From the IMG/VR virus record IMGVR_UViG_3300032253_000005, positions 1-45,144 of that record: DNA of 45,144 nucleotides; one strand, given 5' to 3'. A program made the position numbers and the translations under genes. The number at the start of each line of letters is the position of its first letter. Position 1 is the first letter of the stretch. The notes under the pieces were generated by a model. The model worked only from the letters and a program-made list of their open reading frames with translations. It was not told where the DNA came from and ran no database searches. Below, piece by piece: positions 10,050 to 18,126 of the stretch. The stretch is from a virus (taxonomy: Duplodnaviria > Caudoviricetes).

Positions 10050-10322
10050 GTGAAGCTGACGTGGCGGCTGGTTGCCAGTGGCGCTGTCTTCGTGGCCGTC
10101 AGCCTCGTGAGTTTCCTCTCTCTCCGCATCGGCTTGCCGGCGCTGGAGAAGGTGACCGAGACGCTGGCCAGGGTCGTGACGACGCAGGAGCGGGCAGAGA
10201 TGCGCGACGAGATCTTCCAGCAGGAACTGCTGCGGCTGCGAAGTGACGTGGACGGTCACGAGGTGAGGCTCGACGACCACCACGACGCCCTCCTCACGAA
10301 CGGCATCAAGTTGGGAGGCTGA
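10050..10322 (+). CDS. Membrane protein with N-terminal TM and coiled coil (possible lysis/holin-like)
   Basis: GAVFVAVSLVSFLSLRIGL TM segment followed by heptad-rich helix; GTG start inferred. Confidence 0.5.
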   Translation: MKLTWRLVASGAVFVAVSLVSFLSLRIGLPALEKVTETLARVVTTQERAEMRDEIFQQELLRLRSDVDGHEVRLDDHHDALLTNGIKLGG

Positions 10323-10341
10323 ACTGTGTTCGCTTGGCAGC

Positions 10342-10671
10342 GTGGATCGCGCTTCGGTGTCAGGGCCGATGCCCTGGCTCATGCGATCCCTTGCCGCAGC
10401 TGCTACGATCACGACACTCGCCCTCGCTATCGCGATGGTCGCGCTGGCGATGTGGGCAAGTTCGATCTCTCAATCAGCCCAGGCCCTTGATGTGGTCGTC
10501 GGGCGACAGGAGCTGACCATGGCAGAGTGGGACTGGACAGACCCGGACGATCCGGTGGGTGGCGCGATTCACATCGTCATCACGCTCGAGCAGTACAACA
10601 TGGACGTGGGCCTCTGGGCCGCTGCGGTGCGCCTGGCCAAGATCCAGTTCCCGCCTGACCCGCCGGACTGA
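10342..10671 (+). CDS. Membrane protein (single TM)
   Basis: AAAATITTLALAIAMVALAMWA hydrophobic stretch; start could be ATG 10369 or 10381. Confidence 0.55.
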   Translation: MDRASVSGPMPWLMRSLAAAATITTLALAIAMVALAMWASSISQSAQALDVVVGRQELTMAEWDWTDPDDPVGGAIHIVITLEQYNMDVGLWAAAVRLAKIQFPPDPPD

Positions 10672-10673
10672 CG

Positions 10674-11309
10674 ATGGGGCACGTCGTCATCTGTTCGTGC
10701 GAGCGGTCCGGCACCTACGCCACCTGGCTCATCGTCCGCGAGCTTCAGCGCAGCCGAGGCGACTGGATCGAGTACCAGACCCCGGTGCAGTGGCCGAAGG
10801 ACTACTCCTCGCTCCCCGACATGGACGAGCAGGCCCGCTTCGGCGCCCTGCCCACGGGCGCGGTCGTGGAGGTCGATGGACAGGGGCCTGGCGAGCGGAC
10901 GACGTGGCAGTCCCTGGCGGACGTGGCGTCGTGCTGGTGGACGCACAGCCCGCCTGCGTGGGTGCTGGGGGCGACGCCGTCGGACGTGACGATGCTCTAC
11001 TTGCACCGCGAACTGGTGTCCTGGGCCGAGTCGTTCTCTCGCTACGCCGATTACGAGGCGCCGGTCGCCCGGTGGCGCATGTTCGCGGGGCAACGCGAGG
11101 TCGTGTCGGACACAGCGGGGGCGCACGAGATGTTGTTCGAGGTTCTCGGCCGGTCGCTGGAGCGCTACGCGAACGACGTGTGCCAAGCCATCTACGGCGA
11201 CTCGCCGAACGCGGCGGAGATGGAGGCCATCGTCGAGGTGGCGTCGCTCGAGGCTGTCCGGGCGCGGGCTCCGAAGCACATCACGACAGAGCCCGCGCCC
11301 AGAGGCTGA
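10674..11309 (+). CDS. Sulfotransferase-like protein
   Basis: VICSCERSGT resembles the 5'-PSB loop, LYLHRELVSWAES the 3'-PB motif, IVEVASLEAVR the C-terminal SF-x-x-M helix. Confidence 0.6.
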   Translation: MGHVVICSCERSGTYATWLIVRELQRSRGDWIEYQTPVQWPKDYSSLPDMDEQARFGALPTGAVVEVDGQGPGERTTWQSLADVASCWWTHSPPAWVLGATPSDVTMLYLHRELVSWAESFSRYADYEAPVARWRMFAGQREVVSDTAGAHEMLFEVLGRSLERYANDVCQAIYGDSPNAAEMEAIVEVASLEAVRARAPKHITTEPAPRG

Positions 11310-11318
11310 CTCAGCGCC

Positions 11319-12284
11319 TCAGTTGATGGTGCCACGGATGAAGTCGGCCGCACGGGTGAGGATCGTGCGCACGGCATCCGCGCCATCGAACTCGGGGACG
11401 TTGTCGAGCAGATCCTCGACCGCGTGAGCCAGCGCCAGCAGCTTTTGGCTCGTCGGTCGCCTGGCCTCCTGTTGGGCAGCAGCCTCCCGCGCCTTGGCAG
11501 CGGACTCCTCGGCCTCCCACCTGACCCTCTCCTCGGTGGCCTTGGCGTCGGCCAGGCGCTGCTGCTCGAGCCGCTCGGCGTCCAGAGCAGCTCGCTCTGC
11601 CGCCATGGCGTCGGCGATGGCCTTCTGCTTGGCGCGCTCCTCGGCTCGCTCTGCCTCGAGAGCGTCGGCCGCAGCCTTCCGCCTGGCTGCGTCCTCTGCG
11701 CGTTGGCGATCCAGCTCAACGCGTTCAGCGGCGAGCTGCTGAGCCTCTCGCTCCCGCTCCGCCGCAGCGGCTGCCTCGGCTGCGATGCGGTCGTCGTGCG
11801 CCTGCTGCGCGACAGCCAGGGCCGCCAGGAACGCCTCCTCGTCCATCTCCCGCACGTCCTCCGGGATCATGTGGCTACCGATCGCGGCGAGCGCATCCAT
11901 GCGTCGGCGCAGTTCCTCGGCCGCAGCCACGGCGGCAGCCTGCCTCTTGCGCTCGGCGGCCTTGGCGACGATGTCCTCTTGTCCCTGGAGGCGCTTTTCG
12001 ATCGGCGTCAGCAGGGCTGTCAGTCGGCGGGCCTCGCCATCGACGGCCTGCGAGTAGCGCAGCGCGTCGGCCTTGAGTTCCTTGCGTGTCTTCTCTACCT
12101 CGATGCGCATCGAGCGAATGTCGAGGCGAGCGCGACGCACGACAGAACACCCCTCGGCGTCATCCTCACCAGACACCTTCAACTCGTTGTAGATCGCAGC
12201 AAGTTCAGCGATCTTCGCGTCGTTGGGCTGGTAGCGCGCAAGCGCCTCCAGCGTCATGCCTCGAGCCGTCACGGCGTCGGTCAT
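11319..12284 (-). CDS. Coiled-coil phage protein (DUF1351-like)
   Basis: VEKTRKELKADAL...VDGEA..L...L.PIE motif then long EAR-rich coiled coil; GGAGG RBS before ATG 12284. Confidence 0.7.
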   Translation of the reverse strand: MTDAVTARGMTLEALARYQPNDAKIAELAAIYNELKVSGEDDAEGCSVVRRARLDIRSMRIEVEKTRKELKADALRYSQAVDGEARRLTALLTPIEKRLQGQEDIVAKAAERKRQAAAVAAAEELRRRMDALAAIGSHMIPEDVREMDEEAFLAALAVAQQAHDDRIAAEAAAAAEREREAQQLAAERVELDRQRAEDAARRKAAADALEAERAEERAKQKAIADAMAAERAALDAERLEQQRLADAKATEERVRWEAEESAAKAREAAAQQEARRPTSQKLLALAHAVEDLLDNVPEFDGADAVRTILTRAADFIRGTIN

Positions 12285-12433
12285 TCCTCTTCCTCCATTT
12301 TGATCGCGACTCTCTCGTCGCAGTTGTAGCAGCCGACTACGTCGCCGTGCTGCTCGATGAGCCCACCGCAGTACTGGCACAGAGCCGTGACCGGGCTCCC
12401 GTTCGCATCCCACCGCGGACCTGGGTCGCTCAC
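12281..12433 (-). CDS. Small zinc-ribbon protein (50 aa, not in ORF track)
   Basis: MSDPGPRWDANGSPVTALCQYCGGLIEQHGDVVGCYNCDERVAIKMEEEE; GTGA/ATGA overlaps at both ends. Confidence 0.65.
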   Translation of the reverse strand: MSDPGPRWDANGSPVTALCQYCGGLIEQHGDVVGCYNCDERVAIKMEEEE

Positions 12434-12690
12434 TTGCCCGCCCCCGTCTCGGCGGCTGCAAGCGCAGCCTCCACGGCCATGTTCACAGAGATCTTGCTCG
12501 GGGTGGTGTCAAACGCCCATAGCAACAGCTTCGCGCTGTGCCGCGGCCCTGGCGCGCGCCCAGAGCGCTCCATCTTGCAGAGCACAGGTTGACTGATGCC
12601 GATTCGCTCGGCCAACTCGAACTGAGTCAAGCAGGCAGATGCCCGGTACAGGCGCAGCATCACAGCAATAGGCGATTCAGCTCTGCTCAT
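12430..12690 (-). CDS. XRE/Cro-C1 family helix-turn-helix regulator
   Basis: LRLYR...LTQFELAERIGISQPVLCKMERSGRAP HTH signature; GGAGG RBS. Confidence 0.85.
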   Translation of the reverse strand: MSRAESPIAVMLRLYRASACLTQFELAERIGISQPVLCKMERSGRAPGPRHSAKLLLWAFDTTPSKISVNMAVEAALAAAETGAGK

Positions 12691-12945
12691 CTTACATCCT
12701 CCGATGCAGCCGACTCGCGACACTGGCGTACATCCGCCGCGCCGCCTCGCGATTCGCGATAGTCGGCGCCGAACGTGTTGGCCCAAAGCTCGCGCTGGCT
12801 CTTGGCCAGGAAGTACGCCAGTGTCGCGACAGCGATGACAATGGCGATCCTGCTGGCGACGCTCTTGATCGATCGCCTCGTCCGCCAGCTCATCCTTCAT
12901 CCTCCGATGCGGCAGCTGACTCGCTGCGCCTACGCACGTCCGCCG
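12685..12945. repeat. Imperfect gene-junction direct repeat (12685-12739 vs 12888-12945)
   Basis: Shared GCTCATC..CATCCTCCGATGC..AGCYGACTCGC...CGYACRTCCGCCG containing RBS, stop and start. Confidence 0.75.
12687..12893 (-). CDS. Small membrane protein
   Basis: IAIVIAVATLAYFLA TM; ATGA overlaps. Confidence 0.65.
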   Translation of the reverse strand: MSWRTRRSIKSVASRIAIVIAVATLAYFLAKSQRELWANTFGADYRESRGGAADVRQCRESAASEDVR

Positions 12946-13174
12946 TCTGGTAGCGCTTCACGCACGTCGAGCAGAGAGACTTCCAGTAGACCGGCCTCCA
13001 GTCACGCGGACTGCGGACAGTGGGCGTCATGGTCATGCTCTCCGTCGACCCGAACAGGCTCATCTGGCCTCGCATGATTGTGCAACGCCCTGCGTGGGTG
13101 TCGCACTGGCCGGTGCATTCGCACCTGTCGCCGGCCCTCTTCTCGGCGGCCTTCCTGGCTTCGCTCCGCTTCAT
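12890..13174 (-). CDS. Degenerate HNH-like zinc-binding protein
   Basis: RAGDRCECTGQCDTH..RC and LCSTC pattern of phage HNH proteins, catalytic H/N not evident. Confidence 0.6.
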   Translation of the reverse strand: MKRSEARKAAEKRAGDRCECTGQCDTHAGRCTIMRGQMSLFGSTESMTMTPTVRSPRDWRPVYWKSLCSTCVKRYQTADVRRRSESAAASEDEG

Positions 13175-13353
13175 CTCGCATCCCTCGCCGGCGCGCCCGT
13201 GGCGCTGCACCCCATGCACTTGCCGCACCCAGGACAGTCGATGTGCTTTCCCTCGCCGGGGAGAGCGATGCCTCCGACCGTGGCCTCTTCGCGCTCTGGC
13301 TCGCTTCGCACATCGTATGTCCTTCCGCAGTTCCAGCAGTCCCAGCGCTTCAT
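13171..13353 (-). CDS. Small zinc-finger protein
   Basis: CWNC...CPGC motifs; GGAGG RBS. Confidence 0.65.
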   Translation of the reverse strand: MKRWDCWNCGRTYDVRSEPEREEATVGGIALPGEGKHIDCPGCGKCMGCSATGAPARDAR

Positions 13354-13377
13354 CTCGCGTCGCCCTCCGTGGCAGCG

Positions 13378-13743
13378 TCAGCTTGCGCCCTTCAGCGCCT
13401 CGACCACGGGCGGGCGGGGCACCGGGGCCTTGTAGCCCGGCAGCTTGGAGATCCCGACCGTGCCTTCCGGGCTCGAGCTGATCTTCAGGTGGACGTCGTC
13501 GCTCTGGCGCACGCCCTCGGGGTAGCCCGACTTGAGCGCCGAGTAGACGCCGGACCGGAAGCGAGCGACCGCCTTGGTCAGCTCCTCGCCGGCCAGGCCG
13601 GTGCTCTTGGCGATGTTGACCACCAGGGTCCGCCCCTCGCGGGCCTCGCCCTCACCCGGCAGGGCCATCGCCAACACGCGGCCCACCACCTCCTCGTACT
13701 TGCTCGGCGTCACCGCCGCCACTTCCTCCATGACCAGACCCAT
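13378..13743 (-). CDS. Hypothetical protein
   Basis: AGGAG RBS 6 nt before ATG 13743; good codon usage. Confidence 0.65.
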   Translation of the reverse strand: MGLVMEEVAAVTPSKYEEVVGRVLAMALPGEGEAREGRTLVVNIAKSTGLAGEELTKAVARFRSGVYSALKSGYPEGVRQSDDVHLKISSSPEGTVGISKLPGYKAPVPRPPVVEALKGAS

Positions 13744-14323
13744 CGCCATCTCCTGTTCCGTTGCGTAGCAGCCCGGCGACACGCGCCACCGGCAACTGCG
13801 GTGCTGATAGTAACTCCTTGCTCGCCGCTGAATCAAGTGCGTCCTGCGCCATCCTGTTCCACATGGCGACGAACGTGCGGCGAACAGACGCCAGTCGCTG
13901 CGGGCTTGCGCTCATGTCCCACGGTGCGTAGTCCATGGCCTCGATGACGTAGAGCACCTCGCCCGTGACGAGACCGGATCTCTCGCCTGGCTTCCCGGCC
14001 CTTGCCATCTCAGCGGAGGCCCACGCCTCGTCGGCTGTCAGCAGTTGACCGCCCATCACCCGCGTGACGATCGCGGCGAACTCCGGGACGGATGGGAAGA
14101 ACCTGGAGCCGCTGCGGTACGCGATCCTCGCCGACTTGACGATCGCCTCTTCCGGTATGTGGCTGAACTCCGAGCGCCACAGCGCGGCCGTCGCCTCGCT
14201 GATCTCAGCGTTGGGATACGCTCCCGCCAGGATCATCATGGCCTGTTGCAGCGCCGAAGGCCCTGGCGATGGAGGCTGCGCTCCTGTCTGTCCGTGTGTC
14301 TCGTGCCCTGTCTCGTGGCTCAT
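13652..14323 (-). CDS. Replicative helicase loader/inhibitor-like protein (G39P-like)
   Basis: LAGAYP...LW...F......FFPSVPEF and TADEAW motifs; follows initiator-like gene; start uncertain. Confidence 0.65.
   Translation of the reverse strand: MSHETGHETHGQTGAQPPSPGPSALQQAMMILAGAYPNAEISEATAALWRSEFSHIPEEAIVKSARIAYRSGSRFFPSVPEFAAIVTRVMGGQLLTADEAWASAEMARAGKPGERSGLVTGEVLYVIEAMDYAPWDMSASPQRLASVRRTFVAMWNRMAQDALDSAASKELLSAPQLPVARVAGLLRNGTGDGDGSGHGGSGGGDAEQVRGGGGPRVGDGPAG
13807..13836 (-). promoter_or_regulatory. Putative sigma70-type promoter TTGATT-N18-TACTAT embedded in upstream gene
   Basis: AT-rich rare-codon patch about 65 bp upstream of the 13743 start; overlaps a degenerate 29-bp palindrome. 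Confidence 0.45.
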
Positions 14324-15008
14324 GGTCTCCGATCACGCATGGCTTGTTGATGTTGGCGGCGAGCTGCCTGACCGAGCGCCCGACTTGAGCGATCCAGTGG
14401 TCATCGCAGTGCAGGAACCGCTCGACCCTGCCGGCCAGGTCTCGAGACTCCAGGGCCCCGAGCAGCTTCCTGGCGACAGCGACGTCGGCCTGCCTGTCTG
14501 GGACGTAGACCGATCCGGTTGCCAGTTGGTAGCGCTGCGCGAAGAAAGCGAGGAAGGCCTCGACCCTCTCCTTGGCGATGCCACCTGTCCTCCGCTGTAC
14601 CGGGGACACCTTACCCGAGGCTGCTCGAGCTGCCTGCCTGGTCTCCTTCTTCCTCTCGCGCTGGAGGAAGCGCTCCGAGTTCGTGCGGCCGAGGCCCGGG
14701 AAGACGTAGGCCCCTGCGGATGTCTGCACCGCGCCGGCAGTGACGACCTCCGTCCACCCGGCGGCGCACTCCTCTTCGCTGATCGTCCGCGGCAGCCTGC
14801 CCCAGATGATCTCGGGTGTCAGGTTTCCGGCGGCGATGATGACGTCGATCGGCCTGCTGTGATCCCCGTCCCAGATCACGTCGCCGTCGTCGAGCGCGAT
14901 CGAACACGCCATGAGGAAGACGTGGCCAGCGATCGGTGACAGCTTGGCGAGTGATGGGGATGAGGACCACAGCAGGCCCGACACGCGCTGGTATGTTTCA
15001 GCGGGCAT
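14205..15008 (-). CDS. Putative replication initiator/replisome organiser
   Basis: N-terminal LS..A..VF....DDG pattern, basic linker, position upstream of helicase loader. Confidence 0.45.
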   Translation of the reverse strand: MPAETYQRVSGLLWSSSPSLAKLSPIAGHVFLMACSIALDDGDVIWDGDHSRPIDVIIAAGNLTPEIIWGRLPRTISEEECAAGWTEVVTAGAVQTSAGAYVFPGLGRTNSERFLQRERKKETRQAARAASGKVSPVQRRTGGIAKERVEAFLAFFAQRYQLATGSVYVPDRQADVAVARKLLGALESRDLAGRVERFLHCDDHWIAQVGRSVRQLAANINKPCVIGDHEPRDRARDTRTDRSAASIARAFGAATGHDDPGGSVSQR

Positions 15009-15016
15009 CGGTCACG

Positions 15017-16144
15017 TCAAAACGGGACTTCGTCGTAGTCCGCCAGCGGGTCAGGCGCAGCCGGGGCGCCGCCAGTCGCCTCGTGGACTTCGGCCACCCG
15101 CTCCTGCCACTGGTTGGTCCACCAGATGGACGGCGTCTCCTTGCCGTTGTTGCTCTGCTCGCACTCCTTGCTGCGACACTTGAAGTCGGGCGCCTTCGGG
15201 TTCTTCTTGCCGAACTTGCCCTTGCCGCCACGCTCGGGCTCGCGGTTGTCCCAGGTCGCACCACCGCAGTTGGCGCAGCGAGGGTGATCGACGCAGGGCC
15301 AGGCGCTGCCGCACTCCCCGCAGGCTGACCCGATGGGCAGACCCAGCATCTGACCGCCGGCCGGCTGGCCCGGCTTGACCGGAGGTGGCTCGGACGAATC
15401 GAACACCTCGACCACCTCGCCGGGCTGCATGGGCGGGAGTCCCGTCGGCGGAGGAGCCTCGGCCCGGTCCTCGTGTACCGTGGCCGCCTCGCCGCTCGAT
15501 GCCCAGCCCGCCGACCTGATCTTCTGCGCCGCGGCATCCATGTCCCCGGCGCACGCCTCCAGGGCCCCCTTGCAGTGCATCAGCGACGCCCCGGTCAGCT
15601 CACGCAAGGCCGTCACCGCCAAGGCGTCGATGGTCCTGGTCAGCGAGCGATCGAACTCCTGCTCCACTGCGCCCAGCTTCGGGGCGATCCAGTGCGTCCA
15701 CTTGCCGGTCTGCTTGTGCTTGTGGGCCTTGGCGCCACTGCCGTCCGGCGGCCAGCCTGGTCGCAGCTGGACCTTCGTCTCGCCCAGGGAGTACAGCTCA
15801 CGCCCCACGCCCCAGAGCACACCGGCACGCTTCAGTGCCCCGGACCAGGCGCCCTTCATGGCCTCGATGTCAGTCGCCGGGCAGACGTCGTACTTCCAGA
15901 GCCATGTGCGTCCGTCGTCACCGAGCACCCCGATGCCGACCTTGAAGCCCGCCTCCTGCCCGCACGTCACCTGCTCGCCGGAGACCTGCCACCCGAACAG
16001 CCCGAAGGCTTCGTCGAACCTGTCTTGTACGGCGCGGCTTGTGACGTAGGCCAGGATGCGGACCCACTCTCCGACCTGGCTCTGCACCCGCCACTCCAAC
16101 TCCTCGTCGGTCATCGGCGCCGTCAGTATGTCGAAGCTGCTCAC
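15017..16144 (-). CDS. Rad52/Rad22-family single-strand annealing protein with EF-Ts-like insert, Zn ribbon and acidic tail
   Basis: EWRVQ..LAYVTSRAVQDRFDEAFG..W and KGAWSGALKRAGVLWGVGRELY Rad52 motifs; CANCGG.WDNR...KAPDFKC; ends DYDEVPF; GTG start with GGAGG RBS. Confidence 0.9.
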   Translation of the reverse strand: MSSFDILTAPMTDEELEWRVQSQVGEWVRILAYVTSRAVQDRFDEAFGLFGWQVSGEQVTCGQEAGFKVGIGVLGDDGRTWLWKYDVCPATDIEAMKGAWSGALKRAGVLWGVGRELYSLGETKVQLRPGWPPDGSGAKAHKHKQTGKWTHWIAPKLGAVEQEFDRSLTRTIDALAVTALRELTGASLMHCKGALEACAGDMDAAAQKIRSAGWASSGEAATVHEDRAEAPPPTGLPPMQPGEVVEVFDSSEPPPVKPGQPAGGQMLGLPIGSACGECGSAWPCVDHPRCANCGGATWDNREPERGGKGKFGKKNPKAPDFKCRSKECEQSNNGKETPSIWWTNQWQERVAEVHEATGGAPAAPDPLADYDEVPF

Positions 16145-17016
16145 TTGTCCTCCTCCTTGGGCTTGATCTCTTGCCAGTAGGAGCAGAACTCCGAGACGGA
16201 GCACCAGTCCTGACAGCGCCGGCTCGTGCCGGGGCGCTCGATGATGGCGTAGTCGCTGGGCCGCTTCTGCTCGATCACCCAGTCCTCGGCCTCGTCCATG
16301 CTCGTGCAGACCTTCGACGCCCGCTTGTTGGCCGGCTTCTGCACAGCCCAGGTGTCCTCGGTCTGCCAGCGTTCCTCGGCAGTGCAAGGCTCGGGCGTGG
16401 ACGTGGACTGGGCAGCGATGCGCCGCTCGATCAGGCCCGTGGCCGCCACGGGCGAGAGCAACTCGACCTGATGCACGGTGATCGGGGCCTGCGGGTAGGC
16501 TGAGTCACGGGCAGCCTCGGCCTTCGACCAGTCCAGGCAGATGAACACGACGCGGAGACCGAAGACCTCGACGCCGTTGCGCCTGGCCAACTCGGCGTAG
16601 ATGTTCTCCTGCTCGACCCAGTCATCGGGCACGCCGCCCTTGATCTTGTACGCCTTGCCGGTCTTGTAGTCGTCGATGATGGTGCCGTGCTCGATGGCAG
16701 TCATCACGTCGACCTGGCCGGAGACCATCACGCCGTTGAAGTCGGCGAACAGGCGCTCCTCGACAGTGACGCTGGGCATCCCGGCGGCGGCCTCGAGGAT
16801 CGCGTGGACCGCCGACCCGAAGAGGCTCGACACGCCGTCGCTGGCGTCCACGACGATGTCGCTGGCGTGCTGGATCTGGAGTCGCCGCTGCCAGGCCGGC
16901 TTGAGCAGCTCGGTGGCCGAGAAGTCGGCGCTGCCCTTGCTGTAGCTGGCGTTGAATGCCTTGATCGCCTCGACTACGGGCGCGGGCAGGTCGTGCTTGT
17001 TCGTCATCGTGCTCAT
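16141..17016 (-). CDS. PD-(D/E)xK (Cas4/RecB-like) exonuclease
   Basis: SATEL, GSAVHAILE, EERL, SGQVD, DYKT, Q..IY motifs and C-terminal C...C.....C; adjacent to annealase. Confidence 0.85.
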   Translation of the reverse strand: MSTMTNKHDLPAPVVEAIKAFNASYSKGSADFSATELLKPAWQRRLQIQHASDIVVDASDGVSSLFGSAVHAILEAAAGMPSVTVEERLFADFNGVMVSGQVDVMTAIEHGTIIDDYKTGKAYKIKGGVPDDWVEQENIYAELARRNGVEVFGLRVVFICLDWSKAEAARDSAYPQAPITVHQVELLSPVAATGLIERRIAAQSTSTPEPCTAEERWQTEDTWAVQKPANKRASKVCTSMDEAEDWVIEQKRPSDYAIIERPGTSRRCQDWCSVSEFCSYWQEIKPKEEDK

Positions 17017-17017
17017 G

Positions 17018-17260
17018 TCAGCCCTCCACGGGTGATAGGTAGCGCATACCGCGCCGGTGCTTGGCGCCGAGGATCGACCTGATGGTCATCTCCATGTCGC
17101 CGGATGTGTCTCGCACGATAGCAGGATACCATCCCTCCTTCGCGCAGCGTAGTGCGACCTTCTCGGCGACGTACTCGGACGTCCAGCCTGGGATGAGTCG
17201 CGTTGTTTTGCCGCTCTCTCCGTTCACCAGGAGCGGAGCGTACCTCTCGTCTTTCGTCAC
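17018..17260 (-). CDS. Hypothetical protein
   Basis: 80-aa ORF filling the gap, GTGA overlap. Confidence 0.55.
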   Translation of the reverse strand: MTKDERYAPLLVNGESGKTTRLIPGWTSEYVAEKVALRCAKEGWYPAIVRDTSGDMEMTIRSILGAKHRRGMRYLSPVEG

Positions 17261-17622
17261 AGCATCTCCATCGCCAGCATCCTCACGAGCGTCTCCATCC
17301 GCATCGAGACGACCTGGTCCAAGAAGGCCGGCTGACCGCGCAGCTTGTAGACGACGACCGGCAGCGGTGCGCCAGGGACTCTAGCAGCCTGCTCCCCCGC
17401 CTCACGCAGCCACTGCCCTACGTTGTGCTGCTTGCGGTTCTTGGCCTGGATCACGATGGTGCCGAAGCCGGAGCGCAGGTGGATGTCGCCGACGTCCTCG
17501 TTGCCGTGGTCCTTGCCGTAGTTGCCCATGCGCTCGGCGTTGAGACCGAGAGCTACGAGCCCGTCGTGGATCAGCTTCTCGTAGGCCGTGCCCTTGGCCT
17601 TGTGCTTGTTTCCAGCGCTCAC
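17257..17622 (-). CDS. Holliday junction resolvase (Hjc-like)
   Basis: KAKGTAYEK...GDI...IQAKN...W..EA pattern. Confidence 0.8.
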   Translation of the reverse strand: MSAGNKHKAKGTAYEKLIHDGLVALGLNAERMGNYGKDHGNEDVGDIHLRSGFGTIVIQAKNRKQHNVGQWLREAGEQAARVPGAPLPVVVYKLRGQPAFLDQVVSMRMETLVRMLAMEML

Positions 17623-17858
17623 TCCTGCTCCTCCAGCGCCGCAAGTAGCGACGTGATGCGATCGCGGGCCTTGCCCAGCAGCAGGATCTCGTCTCCGTCT
17701 GGGCGGTAGCCATCTTCGTCAGTGGCCGTGCTCAGGTACAAGCTGCCGCCGTCCGGCCAGAAGCACTCGATCGCGTAGCGGATTCTGAGCTGTCCGTCGG
17801 ACGATGCCTTCCCGCGCAGTGACTCCGCACTCGGCTGGTACAAGAATGGGTCTTTCAT
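17619..17858 (-). CDS. Hypothetical protein
   Basis: GGAGG RBS before ATG 17858. Confidence 0.6.
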   Translation of the reverse strand: MKDPFLYQPSAESLRGKASSDGQLRIRYAIECFWPDGGSLYLSTATDEDGYRPDGDEILLLGKARDRITSLLAALEEQE

Positions 17859-17880
17859 GTCGCCCTCCAGGGCCTTGCGC

Positions 17881-17976
17881 TTACGCGCAGATGATGATGA
17901 GCGCCAGCAGCCCGATGCCGCTGACGAAGAGAAGTGGCACGACGCCTGGCCGTGCAACGTACAGCGGCTCACTCAT
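17881..17976 (-). CDS. 31-aa hydrophobic membrane peptide
   Basis: MSEPLYVARPGVVPLLFVSGIGLLALIIICA with GGGAGG RBS; in-frame upstream GTG at 18126. Confidence 0.55.
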   Translation of the reverse strand: MSEPLYVARPGVVPLLFVSGIGLLALIIICA

Positions 17977-17997
17977 GCTGCCCGCCTCCCGGTAAGT

Positions 17998-18126
17998 GTG
18001 AGCGTGTCGGCATTGCGCGGAGGACACTGGCGCACTCGCTGGTCGTCGCAGGTAGGCGCCCCATGCCAGGACACCGTGCCACGCCGGGCCATCCAGCGAG
18101 CGAGGCGCTGCCGCCGACACGCTCAC
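17998..18126 (-). ncRNA. Candidate structured RNA/leader closed by a 14-bp perfect inverted repeat
   Basis: GTGAGCGTGTCGGC (17998-18011) / GCCGACACGCTCAC (18113-18126) with nested stems. Confidence 0.4.

Noticed and set aside
13354-13368. 15-bp inverted match to 28940-28954
   Set aside because: A single GC-rich 15-mer is plausible by chance in 45 kb
16141-17016. Cas4 as part of a CRISPR system
   Set aside because: Solo Cas4-like nuclease paired with an annealase, the usual phage recombination module
17998-18126. Retron msr-msd, MITE or tRNA
   Set aside because: No RT or transposase, no target-site duplication, no T-loop or cloverleaf
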